From: Thermodesulfobacteriota bacterium
Lineage (GTDB): Bacteria; Desulfobacterota_D; UBA1144; Nemesobacterales; Nemesobacteraceae
Length of the DNA: 64,000 nt
Assembly (NCBI GenBank): GCA_965220925.1
Contig: OZ244851.1
Location: 1,426,854-1,490,853 of the forward strand
Direction: 5' to 3'
Shown here: positions 1 to 9,408 of the stretch, piece after piece
How positions within the stretch are numbered: the stretch's first letter is position 1
How the letters are laid out: every line of letters starts with the position of its first letter
The notes under the pieces: model-generated
What the model saw: the letters and a program-made list of their open reading frames with translations, nothing else
What the model was told of the DNA's origin: nothing
Database searches by the model: none
Translations under genes and position numbers: made by a program

Positions 1-414
1 ATGCTTGTCTTTACGGCTCACAGCATTCCGCAAAAAATGGCGGATAGTTCTCCCTACGTTTCCCAGTTTGAAAGTTCGTCTATGCTGGTGGCCGAGAAAG
101 TCGGGCATAAAAAGTGGATGACCGCGTATCAAAGCAGAAGCGGCTCTCCGGCTGAAAAGTGGCTTGAACCGGATATTTGCGAAGTGATAGGAAATCTCGC
201 TCAAGAAGGCGTTACCGATATTGTCATTCAGCCGATAGGGTTTTTGTGCGATCATATCGAAGTGCTTTTCGATATAGGGGTCGAAGCTGTTGAAGCGGCG
301 CGGGAATCCGGAGTTAATTTATACAGGGCGCAGACGGTAAACGACGACGCTCTCTATATTAGAGCTCTTGAAGAAGAAGTGCTCAAGATTCTTCATTCCA
401 AAGACCCCCGGTGA
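1..414 (+). CDS. hemH: Ferrochelatase, C-terminal part (N-terminus lies upstream of the window)
   Basis: The translation carries the ferrochelatase C-terminal motifs (FTAHSIPQK...SPY...QSRSG...W..P). It is followed directly by hemY, the usual hemH-hemY arrangement. Confidence 0.8.
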   Translation: MLVFTAHSIPQKMADSSPYVSQFESSSMLVAEKVGHKKWMTAYQSRSGSPAEKWLEPDICEVIGNLAQEGVTDIVIQPIGFLCDHIEVLFDIGVEAVEAARESGVNLYRAQTVNDDALYIRALEEEVLKILHSKDPR

Positions 415-431
415 CGGCGGTGAGGTAGTTC

Positions 432-1853
432 GTGATGAAAGTTGCGATTGTAGGAGCGGGGATTTCCGGTCTTTGCTCGGCTTACTATTTGAGAAAACTT
501 TGCCGCGAAGCGGATTTTCCCCTCGAACTTGTTCTTTTTGAATCTTCGCCTCGCCCGGGCGGAGTTTTCGATACCGTGGCCGAAGGCGAAACTGTGATTG
601 AACTCGGGCCCGACTCGTTTATAACTTACAAACCCTGGGCGCTTGAACTTGTAAAAGATCTTGGTCTTGAAGATTCGCTTGTCGGAGTAGGGCGGGGCCG
701 CGGGAAAAACACGTTTGTGTATCACGATGAGAAGCTATACGCGCTTCCCGAGGGTTTTTTCCTTATGGCTCCCTCGAAACTTCTTCCCTTTCTGCGTTCC
801 GATTTATTTACCTTAGGAGCCAAACTGAGAGTTCTTCTGGAACCTCTGGTTCCGCGTGGGTCGGCTTCGGATGAAAGCGTGCGATCTTTTGTGGTAAGAA
901 GATTCGGAAGGGAAATTTTCGAAAAAGCCGCCCAGCCTCTAATCGGTGGAATCTACATGTCCGACCCCGAAAAATTAGGCCTTTCAGCTACCGTGCCGCA
1001 ATTTCTCGAGATGGAAAAACGCGCTGGAAGCGTGCTGAGGGAGCTTCTTAGAAATCCTCCCACAACGGGCGGGGAAAGCGGAGCTCGCTACGGTCTTTTT
1101 CTGACCTTGAGGAGGGGAATGTCGAGTATTATAGAAAAACTTCGCTCAAGAGCCGAATTTTCCAGACAGAACTTCAAAACCTCCGTGTCTTCAATCGAAA
1201 AATCCCGCGCCGGATGGCTTGTCGGATACGGATCCGAAAAAGAGGAGTTCGACGCCGTGATTATCTCCGTGCGTGCCGATGCCGCGGGAGCTTTGCTTTC
1301 AAATGTTGATTTGAACATTGCCTCAAAACTCTCGGAAATCTCCTATGTCCCTTCGGTCGCGACGACTTTTGTTTTTCGTGAAAAAGAATTTTCCGGTATG
1401 CCTGACGGTTTGGGGATTATAATTCCCGCCACAGCGAAAATGAATCTCGTGGCATGTTCTCTTTACAGCAGGAAATTCCCCGACAAATGCGAAAGCGATA
1501 AAGTGGTGCTTAGGTGTTTCCTCGGAGGAGACTCAAATCCCGACGCCGTACTTTGGGACGAAGAGAGGATAAAAGCCGTATTGAGAGAAGAACTTTCGAG
1601 GATATTCGGGTGCGACAATCGTCCGATACGGACTTATGTGAGGAGATATCCGCATGGCATGCCCCGGTTAGTCGTGGGGCATAAGCGAAATGTATCGGAT
1701 ATTATGAATAAAGTTTCGCATCACTCGGGGCTTGGCCTTTGCGGCGCGGCCTATCTTGGCGTTGGGATTCCCGATTGCGTGCGTTGCGCGGAACTTGCCG
1801 CCGAGAAAATATATGCCGATATGGTTTCCGCCCGCGAAGCAAACGGCGTTTAG
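432..1853 (+). CDS. hemY: Protoporphyrinogen/coproporphyrinogen III oxidase (HemY/CgoX family, FAD-dependent)
   Basis: N-terminal FAD-binding fold VAIVGAGISGL. Length is 473 aa. The gene sits immediately downstream of hemH. Confidence 0.8.
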   Translation: MMKVAIVGAGISGLCSAYYLRKLCREADFPLELVLFESSPRPGGVFDTVAEGETVIELGPDSFITYKPWALELVKDLGLEDSLVGVGRGRGKNTFVYHDEKLYALPEGFFLMAPSKLLPFLRSDLFTLGAKLRVLLEPLVPRGSASDESVRSFVVRRFGREIFEKAAQPLIGGIYMSDPEKLGLSATVPQFLEMEKRAGSVLRELLRNPPTTGGESGARYGLFLTLRRGMSSIIEKLRSRAEFSRQNFKTSVSSIEKSRAGWLVGYGSEKEEFDAVIISVRADAAGALLSNVDLNIASKLSEISYVPSVATTFVFREKEFSGMPDGLGIIIPATAKMNLVACSLYSRKFPDKCESDKVVLRCFLGGDSNPDAVLWDEERIKAVLREELSRIFGCDNRPIRTYVRRYPHGMPRLVVGHKRNVSDIMNKVSHHSGLGLCGAAYLGVGIPDCVRCAELAAEKIYADMVSAREANGV

Positions 1854-1934
1854 AATCTTCGAAAAGCTTAATTCTCTCAAGACAACGTATTCACAAAGAA
1901 AATCTTCTGTGTAATAATTAAAAAGTTGATTACT

Positions 1935-2007
1935 GCCGATGTAGCTCAGCGGTAGAGCAGCTCACTCGTAATGAGCAGGTCAGGGGTTCAAATCCCCTCG
2001 TCGGCTG
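1935..2007 (+). tRNA. tRNA-Thr (anticodon CGU)
   Basis: Cloverleaf: acceptor GCCGATG/CGTCGGC, D-arm GCTCAGCGGTAGAGC, anticodon stem GCTCA/TGAGC with loop CTCGTAA, T-arm GGTTCAAATCC. Confidence 0.85.
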
Positions 2008-2015
2008 TAATCTCA

Positions 2016-3263
2016 TTACGGAAGGAATATTTTCGAGAAATACTCTCTGAATTCTTCGCTGCTAAGGTTTGTGTGTTTGGACAGACGATTGAGCATCTTG
2101 GGGTTTTCGATGTCGTCGCGTTTTAGTTTGATCATGTATTTCTGCGAAACTTCGTAAGCTTCGGTATTGGTGTCGACATACCTTACCTTAATGCTGTTTG
2201 TTTTTTTGTTCACTAGTTTCGAGAACTCGGTGGACTGCATTTTCCCCCTCCTCAAATATACCAAAGCTCCCTTTGCCGAACTTCCGTATAAATATTTAAC
2301 GGCGCAATAGCCGAGTTTTCTCGTGTAATCGACGTCAAAAGGAATCGGGTGCGCGGAGCGAAGCTCGTATCCTATTCTTTTATGCACCAATTCCGCGTCG
2401 ACGCCTTTTTCTGAAAGACTCGCGCTAAGCGTGTTTTTCAGAAGCTGTCCGAAGTTGATGTCCACGTACCTTATTCTTCCCAAGGAGTCTCTGTCGACGA
2501 GTCCGAGATCGATCGGGTCTATTTTGTCCATTATTCCTTCGGCGAGAATCGCCACTCCGTATTCTCTTCCCATGCTGATTCTTTTTATTATCGCGCCTTC
2601 GAGAATCGCTATGATTCTCCGTAGCGGCACTTTTTTCTCTTTGAACTCTTCGGGAATTATGGTGATCGTGCTTCCCGAAGCTTGCCCTATACCGAGTGCC
2701 AGATGCCCCGTTCTTCTGCCCATCGTTATTATCAGAAACCACCTGTTCGTGGTCTTCGCCTCTTCCATTATATGGTTCATTATTTTCGCCCCCACATCCC
2801 TCGCCGTTTCAAACCCGAAGGTGGGGATATAGTCGGGAAGGGCTATGTTGTTGTCTATGGTTTTCGGGACATGCGCTATCTTTATTCTCCCTCCAAAATA
2901 TTCGTAGAGTTTCGCCGCTAAAAACATGGTCCCGTCTCCCCCTACGGTTATCAGAGCCCCTATTCCCAACTTTTCAATTGATGAAACGGTGTTTTGGAAG
3001 CTTTTGTCGGTAGCTAGAGGACTTTGTCTCGATATTCCGATAAACGAACCGCCTGTGGTATGAATCCTCGAAATGTTCTGAATATCGAGGTTTACGATTT
3101 TTGAAGTATCTCCCGAGGAAATCCACTTGAAGCCATCGAGAATGCCGACTACTTCTTTCCCTCTGTTTCTAGCTTCGATGGTGGCCGAGCTTATTACGCC
3201 GTTTATTCCGGGCGCGGGTCCTCCCGAGGCTATTATCCCCAGTTTGTTTGTGGTTTCCGTCAC
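2016..3263 (-). CDS. pfkA: 6-phosphofructokinase, long PfkA family (ATP/PPi specificity undetermined)
   Basis: Motifs GIIASGGPAPGINGVI, TVGGDGT and TIDNN. The 415-aa length fits the long PFK clade. Confidence 0.8.
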   Translation of the reverse strand: MTETTNKLGIIASGGPAPGINGVISSATIEARNRGKEVVGILDGFKWISSGDTSKIVNLDIQNISRIHTTGGSFIGISRQSPLATDKSFQNTVSSIEKLGIGALITVGGDGTMFLAAKLYEYFGGRIKIAHVPKTIDNNIALPDYIPTFGFETARDVGAKIMNHIMEEAKTTNRWFLIITMGRRTGHLALGIGQASGSTITIIPEEFKEKKVPLRRIIAILEGAIIKRISMGREYGVAILAEGIMDKIDPIDLGLVDRDSLGRIRYVDINFGQLLKNTLSASLSEKGVDAELVHKRIGYELRSAHPIPFDVDYTRKLGYCAVKYLYGSSAKGALVYLRRGKMQSTEFSKLVNKKTNSIKVRYVDTNTEAYEVSQKYMIKLKRDDIENPKMLNRLSKHTNLSSEEFREYFSKIFLP

Positions 3264-3282
3264 TGTTTTCTCCCGAGACGTT

Positions 3283-3975
3283 TTACAAGCGCTCCATTTT
3301 GTATTTCATGTGGCGGTATAGTTTCGTACGCCGGTAAGCGATTACGGTTATGATACCGCAGGTAAACCCTGCCAGGTGTCCGTAAACACCTTCCATCCCC
3401 ATTTCGCCAATATATCCGATTCCTCTTAAAAACTGAAAGGCGAACCAGCAAATTACAAATATATACGCTTTTATCCGTACGAACTGAGCGAATACGATAA
3501 TTACTAGAAGGGTAAGAATTTCCGATCTTGGGAAAAAGAGTATGTAAGCGCCCAGAACTCCCGAGATTGCTCCGCTTGCTCCTACTACGGGAATTTCCGA
3601 GTGAAGGGTGAAAACCGTCTGAATCAATATGGCCACAAGTCCGCATACGACATAGAAAAGCAAATATCTGAAATGACCAAACAGATTCTCTACTCCTCCT
3701 CCGAATATATAGAGAAAGATCATGTTGCTGACCATATGCGCCCAGTTCTCGTGAATCGCCATGGAGCTGAAGAATCTTGTCGTTCTCTCTATAAAGCCGT
3801 AAGCGTCGAAGTCCATTATGTCTCCGGGTATAACTCCGTAGGTTAGGTAAAACTTTTCAAGCTCGTTGTTTTCCAAAGACAGGGAGTACGCGAAAATCAA
3901 TATGTTTACAACTATAAGCGCGTAATTTACATACGGTACGGTTTGGGTTTTTATTGTACTTCTAATCGGTATCAT
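3283..3975 (-). CDS. Rhomboid family intramembrane serine protease
   Basis: Multi-pass membrane protein with a GASGAISGVLGAY (GxSG) catalytic serine helix and a downstream His in a TM segment. Confidence 0.75.
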   Translation of the reverse strand: MIPIRSTIKTQTVPYVNYALIVVNILIFAYSLSLENNELEKFYLTYGVIPGDIMDFDAYGFIERTTRFFSSMAIHENWAHMVSNMIFLYIFGGGVENLFGHFRYLLFYVVCGLVAILIQTVFTLHSEIPVVGASGAISGVLGAYILFFPRSEILTLLVIIVFAQFVRIKAYIFVICWFAFQFLRGIGYIGEMGMEGVYGHLAGFTCGIITVIAYRRTKLYRHMKYKMERL

Positions 3976-4533
3976 TATCGGGGTTATTATACTTCAGTTC
4001 GCCGTATTACATATAATCGGCGACCGGAGACTTCGGGTAAATTGAAAAAACAAAGCGTCGGCGATTTTACGAAGATTAGAAAAGATATAAAAAAAAGGTT
4101 TCGCGAAATCTCCTCTTTTCTGATAAATGTCGGAAATTTTCGCCTCGAAGAATACGAGATTCTCGAGATTCCCGAGAATCTCTCCCCCGGCGAGCTTCTC
4201 TCGGAATTTCAGTCGCTTGAAATTCAAATGATCTTTTACGGTTCTAAGTGCGCAGACGCTTGCGCCGCGCTTGATTTCGGGGACATGATTGAGAAAAGCG
4301 GCCATATTATCCTAGAGAGCGAGGCTTGCGTTTTTCAAACGTTACGAAAAAAAAACTGCGCGCTACTCGGTTCAGAAATGTCGGATGTCGATTTTTTCCG
4401 TTCCGCCAAGTTTTCCGCAGCTCCCCGTTCCGCTCCCTTGAATCTTAAAATGGCGGCGGATTACGTATCTAACTTCGATGGGGAGTCGGCTTTTGTGGAG
4501 ATCGGGAATTTGATTGTGAATTCAAATAGGTGA
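3943..4533 (+). CDS. Hypothetical protein (true start probably downstream; the ORF 5' end overlaps the rhomboid start)
   Basis: Only ORF filling the 570-bp gap between the rhomboid gene and queG. No recognisable motifs. Confidence 0.2.
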   Translation: MGFYCTSNRYHYRGYYTSVRRITYNRRPETSGKLKKQSVGDFTKIRKDIKKRFREISSFLINVGNFRLEEYEILEIPENLSPGELLSEFQSLEIQMIFYGSKCADACAALDFGDMIEKSGHIILESEACVFQTLRKKNCALLGSEMSDVDFFRSAKFSAAPRSAPLNLKMAADYVSNFDGESAFVEIGNLIVNSNR

Positions 4534-4543
4534 AGCTCACGCA

Positions 4544-5695
4544 ATGCATACGACGACCACCGCCGCGCGACTTTCCGCCCTTATAAAAGATCGCGCCGTT
4601 GATTTGGGATTTGATCTTGTGGGAATAAGTTCCGTCGAAGGTCGTTATGCGGAGGCGGATTTTTTCAAGCGATGGCTCGGGTACGGGTACTCGGGAGAAA
4701 TGCAATATCTTGAGAGGGGGCTTCTAAAAAGAGAGAAGATCGAAGAAGTTCTCCCGGGTGCGAAATCGATTATTTCCTGCGCCGTTAACTACAACACCCA
4801 AAATCCTCGTTCGACCGAAGTTCCTCAAACCGAAACGGGCTGGGTATCCAGATACGCGTGGGGAGACGACTATCATGAAATTCTTCAGGAAATGCTTGCG
4901 AAACTTGGCGACTACTTAAAAGGTCTTTGCGAGCGGGAGGTGAGAGCGAAGGTTTACGTGGACACGGGACCGGTTCTTGAGAAAGCGCATGCTAGTCGGG
5001 GTGGAATAGGATGGGTGGGTAAAAACACCTGTCTTATAAATCAACGTATCGGTTCTTGGCTTTTTCTCGGTGAGATAATAACCGACGCGGAACTTGCCTG
5101 CGACGAGCCGGTTCAAGATCGTTGCGGAAGTTGTACGAGGTGCATTGACGCATGTCCGACCGACGCTATAGTTCGACCTTATGTACTTGACGCGACAAAA
5201 TGCGTCTCCTATCTTACGATAGAACTTAAAGGGAAAATTCCGTTTGATCTCAGAAAAGGAGTGGAGAACAATGTTTTCGGGTGCGACGTCTGCCAGGATG
5301 TCTGTCCTTGGAATCGCGACGCTTTTTTTTCGCTGAAGAAAAATTTCAGGCCGCGGGAGAAACTCCTCAGCCCCGATTTTCTCTGGCTAATGGAACTTGA
5401 TGAGGATCGGTTTCGGGAAATTTTCAGAAAAAGTCCGGTAAAAAGAGCGAAACGCAGGGGTTTTATGAGAAATGTGCTTGTGGCTGTTGGAAATTCGGAA
5501 AATAAAAAGTATATAAAATACGTAAGGGAAATGCTTCGCGACGACGAGCCGCTTATAAGGGCTCACGCGGTGTGGGCGCTTTGGAAACTCGAGGGTGAGG
5601 ATTGCTTTGTCGAGCTTGAAAATATGCTGGTTAGCGAAACTGACGAGCAAGTGCTTGAGGAAATTTATCTCGCTATGAATTCCGCCGGGAGTTAA
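4544..5695 (+). CDS. queG: Epoxyqueuosine reductase QueG (tRNA queuosine biosynthesis)
   Basis: Two 4Fe-4S ferredoxin motifs (CGSCTRCIDACP, CDVCQDVCPWN) and a C-terminal HEAT-like segment, the typical QueG architecture. Confidence 0.8.
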   Translation: MHTTTTAARLSALIKDRAVDLGFDLVGISSVEGRYAEADFFKRWLGYGYSGEMQYLERGLLKREKIEEVLPGAKSIISCAVNYNTQNPRSTEVPQTETGWVSRYAWGDDYHEILQEMLAKLGDYLKGLCEREVRAKVYVDTGPVLEKAHASRGGIGWVGKNTCLINQRIGSWLFLGEIITDAELACDEPVQDRCGSCTRCIDACPTDAIVRPYVLDATKCVSYLTIELKGKIPFDLRKGVENNVFGCDVCQDVCPWNRDAFFSLKKNFRPREKLLSPDFLWLMELDEDRFREIFRKSPVKRAKRRGFMRNVLVAVGNSENKKYIKYVREMLRDDEPLIRAHAVWALWKLEGEDCFVELENMLVSETDEQVLEEIYLAMNSAGS

Positions 5696-5706
5696 TATCC
5701 GTTTTT

Positions 5707-6129
5707 ATGAGTTACGATAAAGACATAGTAATGAAGGCGAACAGGAAGTTTTACGACGCCAGAAACCGTTACGATATCGATCTGATAGAGGAAGTCTGGC
5801 TTAACAACGGTAGAGCTAAGTGCGTTCACGCCGGTTGGCCGATAGTTCTCGGATGGAGAGCCGTTAGGGAGAGCTGGAAGACTATATTTGAGACGGGCGG
5901 ATTTGATCGCGTGGATATCTCGGATTTCTTCGTGGAAGTAAAGGAAAATTCGGCCTGGCTAAACTGCGTTGAGAGAGCGACTTACTCAATAGACGATCGT
6001 AGAATTGTCGTTTTGGCGCAGGCGACGAATATATTTGAGAGAAACGACGGAAAATGGGAAATGGTTCTTCATCACGCTTCTTTGATGCCTATTCCGCGCA
6101 AGGAGATTGACTACGAGAATCTTCAGTGA
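5707..6129 (+). CDS. SnoaL/NTF2-like fold protein
   Basis: Length of 140 aa and a hydrophobic pattern (EVW..NG.A.CVHAGWP...GW.AV.ESW) typical of NTF2-like/SnoaL domains. Confidence 0.45.
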   Translation: MSYDKDIVMKANRKFYDARNRYDIDLIEEVWLNNGRAKCVHAGWPIVLGWRAVRESWKTIFETGGFDRVDISDFFVEVKENSAWLNCVERATYSIDDRRIVVLAQATNIFERNDGKWEMVLHHASLMPIPRKEIDYENLQ

Positions 6130-7126
6130 GCAACTTGAGTCTTTCGGAGATTAAATAGATCAGTTTTTCACAACCCTCTCCAGTTACCGCGGATACGCAA
6201 AGCGTGTCTATGTTTTCTTTCTCGAAACGCCGCGCGACTTGCTCGCTTCTTTGCCGAGCTTCATGAATGTCGACTTTGTTAAGCGCTACTATCTGGGGTT
6301 TTTCCGCAAGTTCTTTTGAATACCGCTTTAGTTCGGAGTTTATTTTTTTGTAATCTTCCATGCAATCTTTTGGGGACGACGGGTCAAGGTCTATCAAGTG
6401 TATCAGAAGGCGGGTTCTTTCTACATGTTTTAAAAATCTAATCCCGAGTCCCATGCCCGTGTGCGCGCCTTCGATAATTCCGGGTATGTCGGCGATTACG
6501 AAAGATTGGTGGTCGCCGTAGTTTACGACTCCCAGATTTGGTACGAGCGTCGTGAAGGGATAATCGGCTATTTTCGGTCGCGCGGCCGATATCTTCGATA
6601 TCAAAGTTGATTTGCCGGCGTTGGGTAAGCCGATAATTCCGACATCGGCAAGGAGTTTCAATTCCAGCTTTATTTCCCGTTTTCTCCCTTTTTTCCCTTC
6701 TTCCGCTCTTCTTGGAGCCTGATTGGTCGCGGAGGCGAATTTTGAGTTTCCCCTGCCTCCTCTGCCTCCTTCGGCTACCGTGAAGCGCTGACCGTTTCGC
6801 GTGAGATCGGCAATGACTTCACCGTCTTCAGAAGATTTTACTACTGTTCCCGCGGGAACCGGGATAACGAGCTCCGCCGCCGAAGATCCGTGCTGGTTCT
6901 TACCCTTTCCCGGCTGTCCGTTTCGAGCTCTGTATTCTTTAGAGTACTTAAAGTCAAGAAGTGAAGACATGTTTGAGTTCGCGACTATTACGATGTCTCC
7001 TCCATTGCCGCCGTCACCGCCGTTTGGACCTCCCTTGGCGACGAATTTCTCTCTTCGGAAGCTTACGCATCCGCTGCCGCCGTTGCCGGATATTACGGTT
7101 ATTTTCGCCTCGTCTATAAATTGCAT
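6089..7126 (-). CDS. obg: GTPase Obg/CgtA
   Basis: N-terminal Obg fold with Gly-rich GGNGGDGGNGGD. GTPase motifs GLPNAGKST, DIPG and NKVD. Confidence 0.9.
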   Translation of the reverse strand: MQFIDEAKITVISGNGGSGCVSFRREKFVAKGGPNGGDGGNGGDIVIVANSNMSSLLDFKYSKEYRARNGQPGKGKNQHGSSAAELVIPVPAGTVVKSSEDGEVIADLTRNGQRFTVAEGGRGGRGNSKFASATNQAPRRAEEGKKGRKREIKLELKLLADVGIIGLPNAGKSTLISKISAARPKIADYPFTTLVPNLGVVNYGDHQSFVIADIPGIIEGAHTGMGLGIRFLKHVERTRLLIHLIDLDPSSPKDCMEDYKKINSELKRYSKELAEKPQIVALNKVDIHEARQRSEQVARRFEKENIDTLCVSAVTGEGCEKLIYLISERLKLLTEDSRSQSPCAE

Positions 7127-7210
7127 ATGGATTCAAGTGGAGAGAGGTTTACGGTTTTCCGGAAAGCCGAATGGAGAGAAAAAATAGAGTACGGGTTTAT
7201 GGCGAAAGAT

Positions 7211-7627
7211 TCAGAGCTGCTTTCGATGCTTTTCCATATCCTGTTTCACGTTTTCGATAATGCCTTCCCAATATCTCCACCAGTAGGATTCCGGTTCGTG
7301 ATTGGATTTCTGTTGTTCCGACCAAATAAGAACCTGCATATGATCTCCATGGTAGAGAACAAGCTTTTTCGCGGCGTCGAACACCTCTTCTTCGCTTACG
7401 GGTATTTTGTTCAATTCCCCGTTAAAAATATCTTTTATCTCTTTTATGAAAGGGGCGGCGGCGCTTGAGATTTCCTTGATTTTTTCCGCCGGAGTCACCA
7501 CGTCCGCCGGAAACGAGTCCTTTACGTTTTTCATCAAATCCACGAAATCTAAAAGATTGTCAAGCGAGTCTTGCGCTTTCTTCACTTCCTTAAGACATCC
7601 CGAAAGTTCCTTTGGGTCTAAAGACAT
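7211..7627 (-). CDS. Hypothetical protein
   Basis: 138-aa ORF inside the co-directional array CDC48-pilD-282aa-138aa-obg. No motif recognised. Confidence 0.4.
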   Translation of the reverse strand: MSLDPKELSGCLKEVKKAQDSLDNLLDFVDLMKNVKDSFPADVVTPAEKIKEISSAAAPFIKEIKDIFNGELNKIPVSEEEVFDAAKKLVLYHGDHMQVLIWSEQQKSNHEPESYWWRYWEGIIENVKQDMEKHRKQL

Positions 7628-7698
7628 TAATCGGCCTCCTTGATCGCGATCATATCCACAATTATGGAGTAAATTTAAATTCCATCGTTAATGATCGC

Positions 7699-8547
7699 TT
7701 AATTTGCTCTGTATATCAAAAGCCCGGGTTTTTTGCTTATGTACGAAGTCAATTTCTCGTCCACCACTTTTTTGTGTATTGAGGAAGCGTGACGAAGATA
7801 AACCCCGTCGTCTTTTCTTACGGCGATTCCTGTGTGAGTAACGTCAAGACCGTCTTTGTCCGAGTAGATTCCCAGGTAATCTCCGGTTTCTACCGTTTTA
7901 AGCGTCTCCGAGTCGATTTTCTCCGACGGAATGTAGCTTATTTCCCTCGTTACGACGGGAAGTCCCGGAAGCCAAAGCGAGCCGTCGGTTTTTCGGTTAA
8001 GTTGCTTCGTTAACGTGATCGCGGTTTCGCCTCCGATTTGCCGCGTGACGTCATACGCGTTTATATGGCTTGCGGTTACCCAATCGGAAAAGAAATGTTT
8101 TCTCTTTTCCCATTTGACTTGCCCGTCTTTGTATCTTACCAAGGCAAGTTTCTTTTTGAATTCTTCGAAGTCGACGGAAAGTCTAAGCGCCTCCACGTAA
8201 TCAAGATAGGTGAAACAGTCGACTCCCGAGAGATTTACGGTAAGCGATTCTTTGTGATTTTTACTTCCGCCGAGAGTGTTTTCCGCGTAGGGAGTTTCTA
8301 AAAAACTCTCTGAGAGAAAGTCGATTTTCGCTCCGGCTTTGTCTTTTTGCCCGCCCTGTTCCATAAGAGTTTCAATTTCATCCACGGTCCAGGCGCCCAA
8401 AACTATGCTTTCTGGGTATTTTGGAGAAACATCCTTTGCGAAAATTGCGATAAGAAGCTTCGCGGCGATTATCACGATTATAAGGAGAAAAAGATTTTTA
8501 ATTATTCTGTTCATTAAATTCACCCGCGCGCGGATTCCTACCTTCAT
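7699..8547 (-). CDS. Hypothetical N-terminally membrane-anchored protein (possibly DUF1460/amidase-like fold)
   Basis: N-terminal TM helix (LFLLIIVIIAAKLLIAIF). Start overlaps the pilD stop by 4 nt (ATGA coupling). Family assignment is tentative. Confidence 0.4.
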   Translation of the reverse strand: MKVGIRARVNLMNRIIKNLFLLIIVIIAAKLLIAIFAKDVSPKYPESIVLGAWTVDEIETLMEQGGQKDKAGAKIDFLSESFLETPYAENTLGGSKNHKESLTVNLSGVDCFTYLDYVEALRLSVDFEEFKKKLALVRYKDGQVKWEKRKHFFSDWVTASHINAYDVTRQIGGETAITLTKQLNRKTDGSLWLPGLPVVTREISYIPSEKIDSETLKTVETGDYLGIYSDKDGLDVTHTGIAVRKDDGVYLRHASSIHKKVVDEKLTSYISKKPGLLIYRAN

Positions 8548-9383
8548 TCAAAAGCAAGCATACCTTGTGCGAACAAATACAAGATAGCCGATATTGAAAG
8601 AAAAGGACCGTAAGCAATCGCGTATCCTGTACTCTTCCCGCGCGCTATTATAACCAAAACTCCCGCCAGAGTTCCGAGAAAAGAACTTATAAATATTACC
8701 ACCAAAACTCCCCACATACCCAAAAAAGCTCCCAGCATGGAGATTAACTTAACGTCTCCCATCCCCATTCCTTCTTTCTTTCTTACCGATTTGTACACTC
8801 GAGCGATGAGGAAAAAACTTCCTCCTCCCAAAAGCATTCCTCCAAGGGAATTAAAAATCGGAATATCCACGGCCGCGCTTAAAAAATCGATAAAACCTGA
8901 GCTAAAAGACGCTTCCATCACCATCCAATCGGTTTGAAGGACGCCGAAGACAATCCCCAAAACTATTCCCGGGAGAGTTATTACGTCTGGAATTATAAGA
9001 TGCTTTATATCTATCGAGGATATAATCACAAGGGATACGCAAAGCGCTAAATAAAAAAAGAATTCAACGCAAAGACCGAACTTGAGGTAGAGCGACAGCG
9101 AAAGCGCCGCGCAAAGAAGTTCCGTGAGCGGATACTCGATCGGTATTCGTTTGCCGCAGTAGGCGCACTTGCCGCCAAGCCAGACCCAGCTTAGAAGCGG
9201 AATGTTGTGGAAGGCTCGTATGGGAGTTTCGCAGTCCTCGCAACGCGAACTGGGGAAGATGATCGACGATCCCGAAGGAATTCTTCTTGAACAAAGGCCG
9301 GCGAAACTGCCGAGCGCCGCTCCCAGAAAAAAAGAGCATATTTCGAAAACGATGTTTGTTAAAGGAGGAAGAAAACTTTCCAA
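8544..9383 (-). CDS. pilD: Prepilin (type IV) leader peptidase / N-methyltransferase, A24 family
   Basis: Zinc-binding tetracysteine (CEDC...CAYC) upstream of a polytopic membrane core. Typical A24 peptidase architecture. Confidence 0.8.
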   Translation of the reverse strand: MESFLPPLTNIVFEICSFFLGAALGSFAGLCSRRIPSGSSIIFPSSRCEDCETPIRAFHNIPLLSWVWLGGKCAYCGKRIPIEYPLTELLCAALSLSLYLKFGLCVEFFFYLALCVSLVIISSIDIKHLIIPDVITLPGIVLGIVFGVLQTDWMVMEASFSSGFIDFLSAAVDIPIFNSLGGMLLGGGSFFLIARVYKSVRKKEGMGMGDVKLISMLGAFLGMWGVLVVIFISSFLGTLAGVLVIIARGKSTGYAIAYGPFLSISAILYLFAQGMLAFE

Positions 9384-9408
9384 AACTGATTTGTCCTAGT
9401 GTTTGCGA

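Noticed and set aside
2425-3013. Several 100-130-aa ORFs on both strands inside the pfk gene
   Set aside because: They are low-complexity or Arg-rich translations antisense or out-of-frame to a well-supported CDS. They are typical overprinting artefacts.
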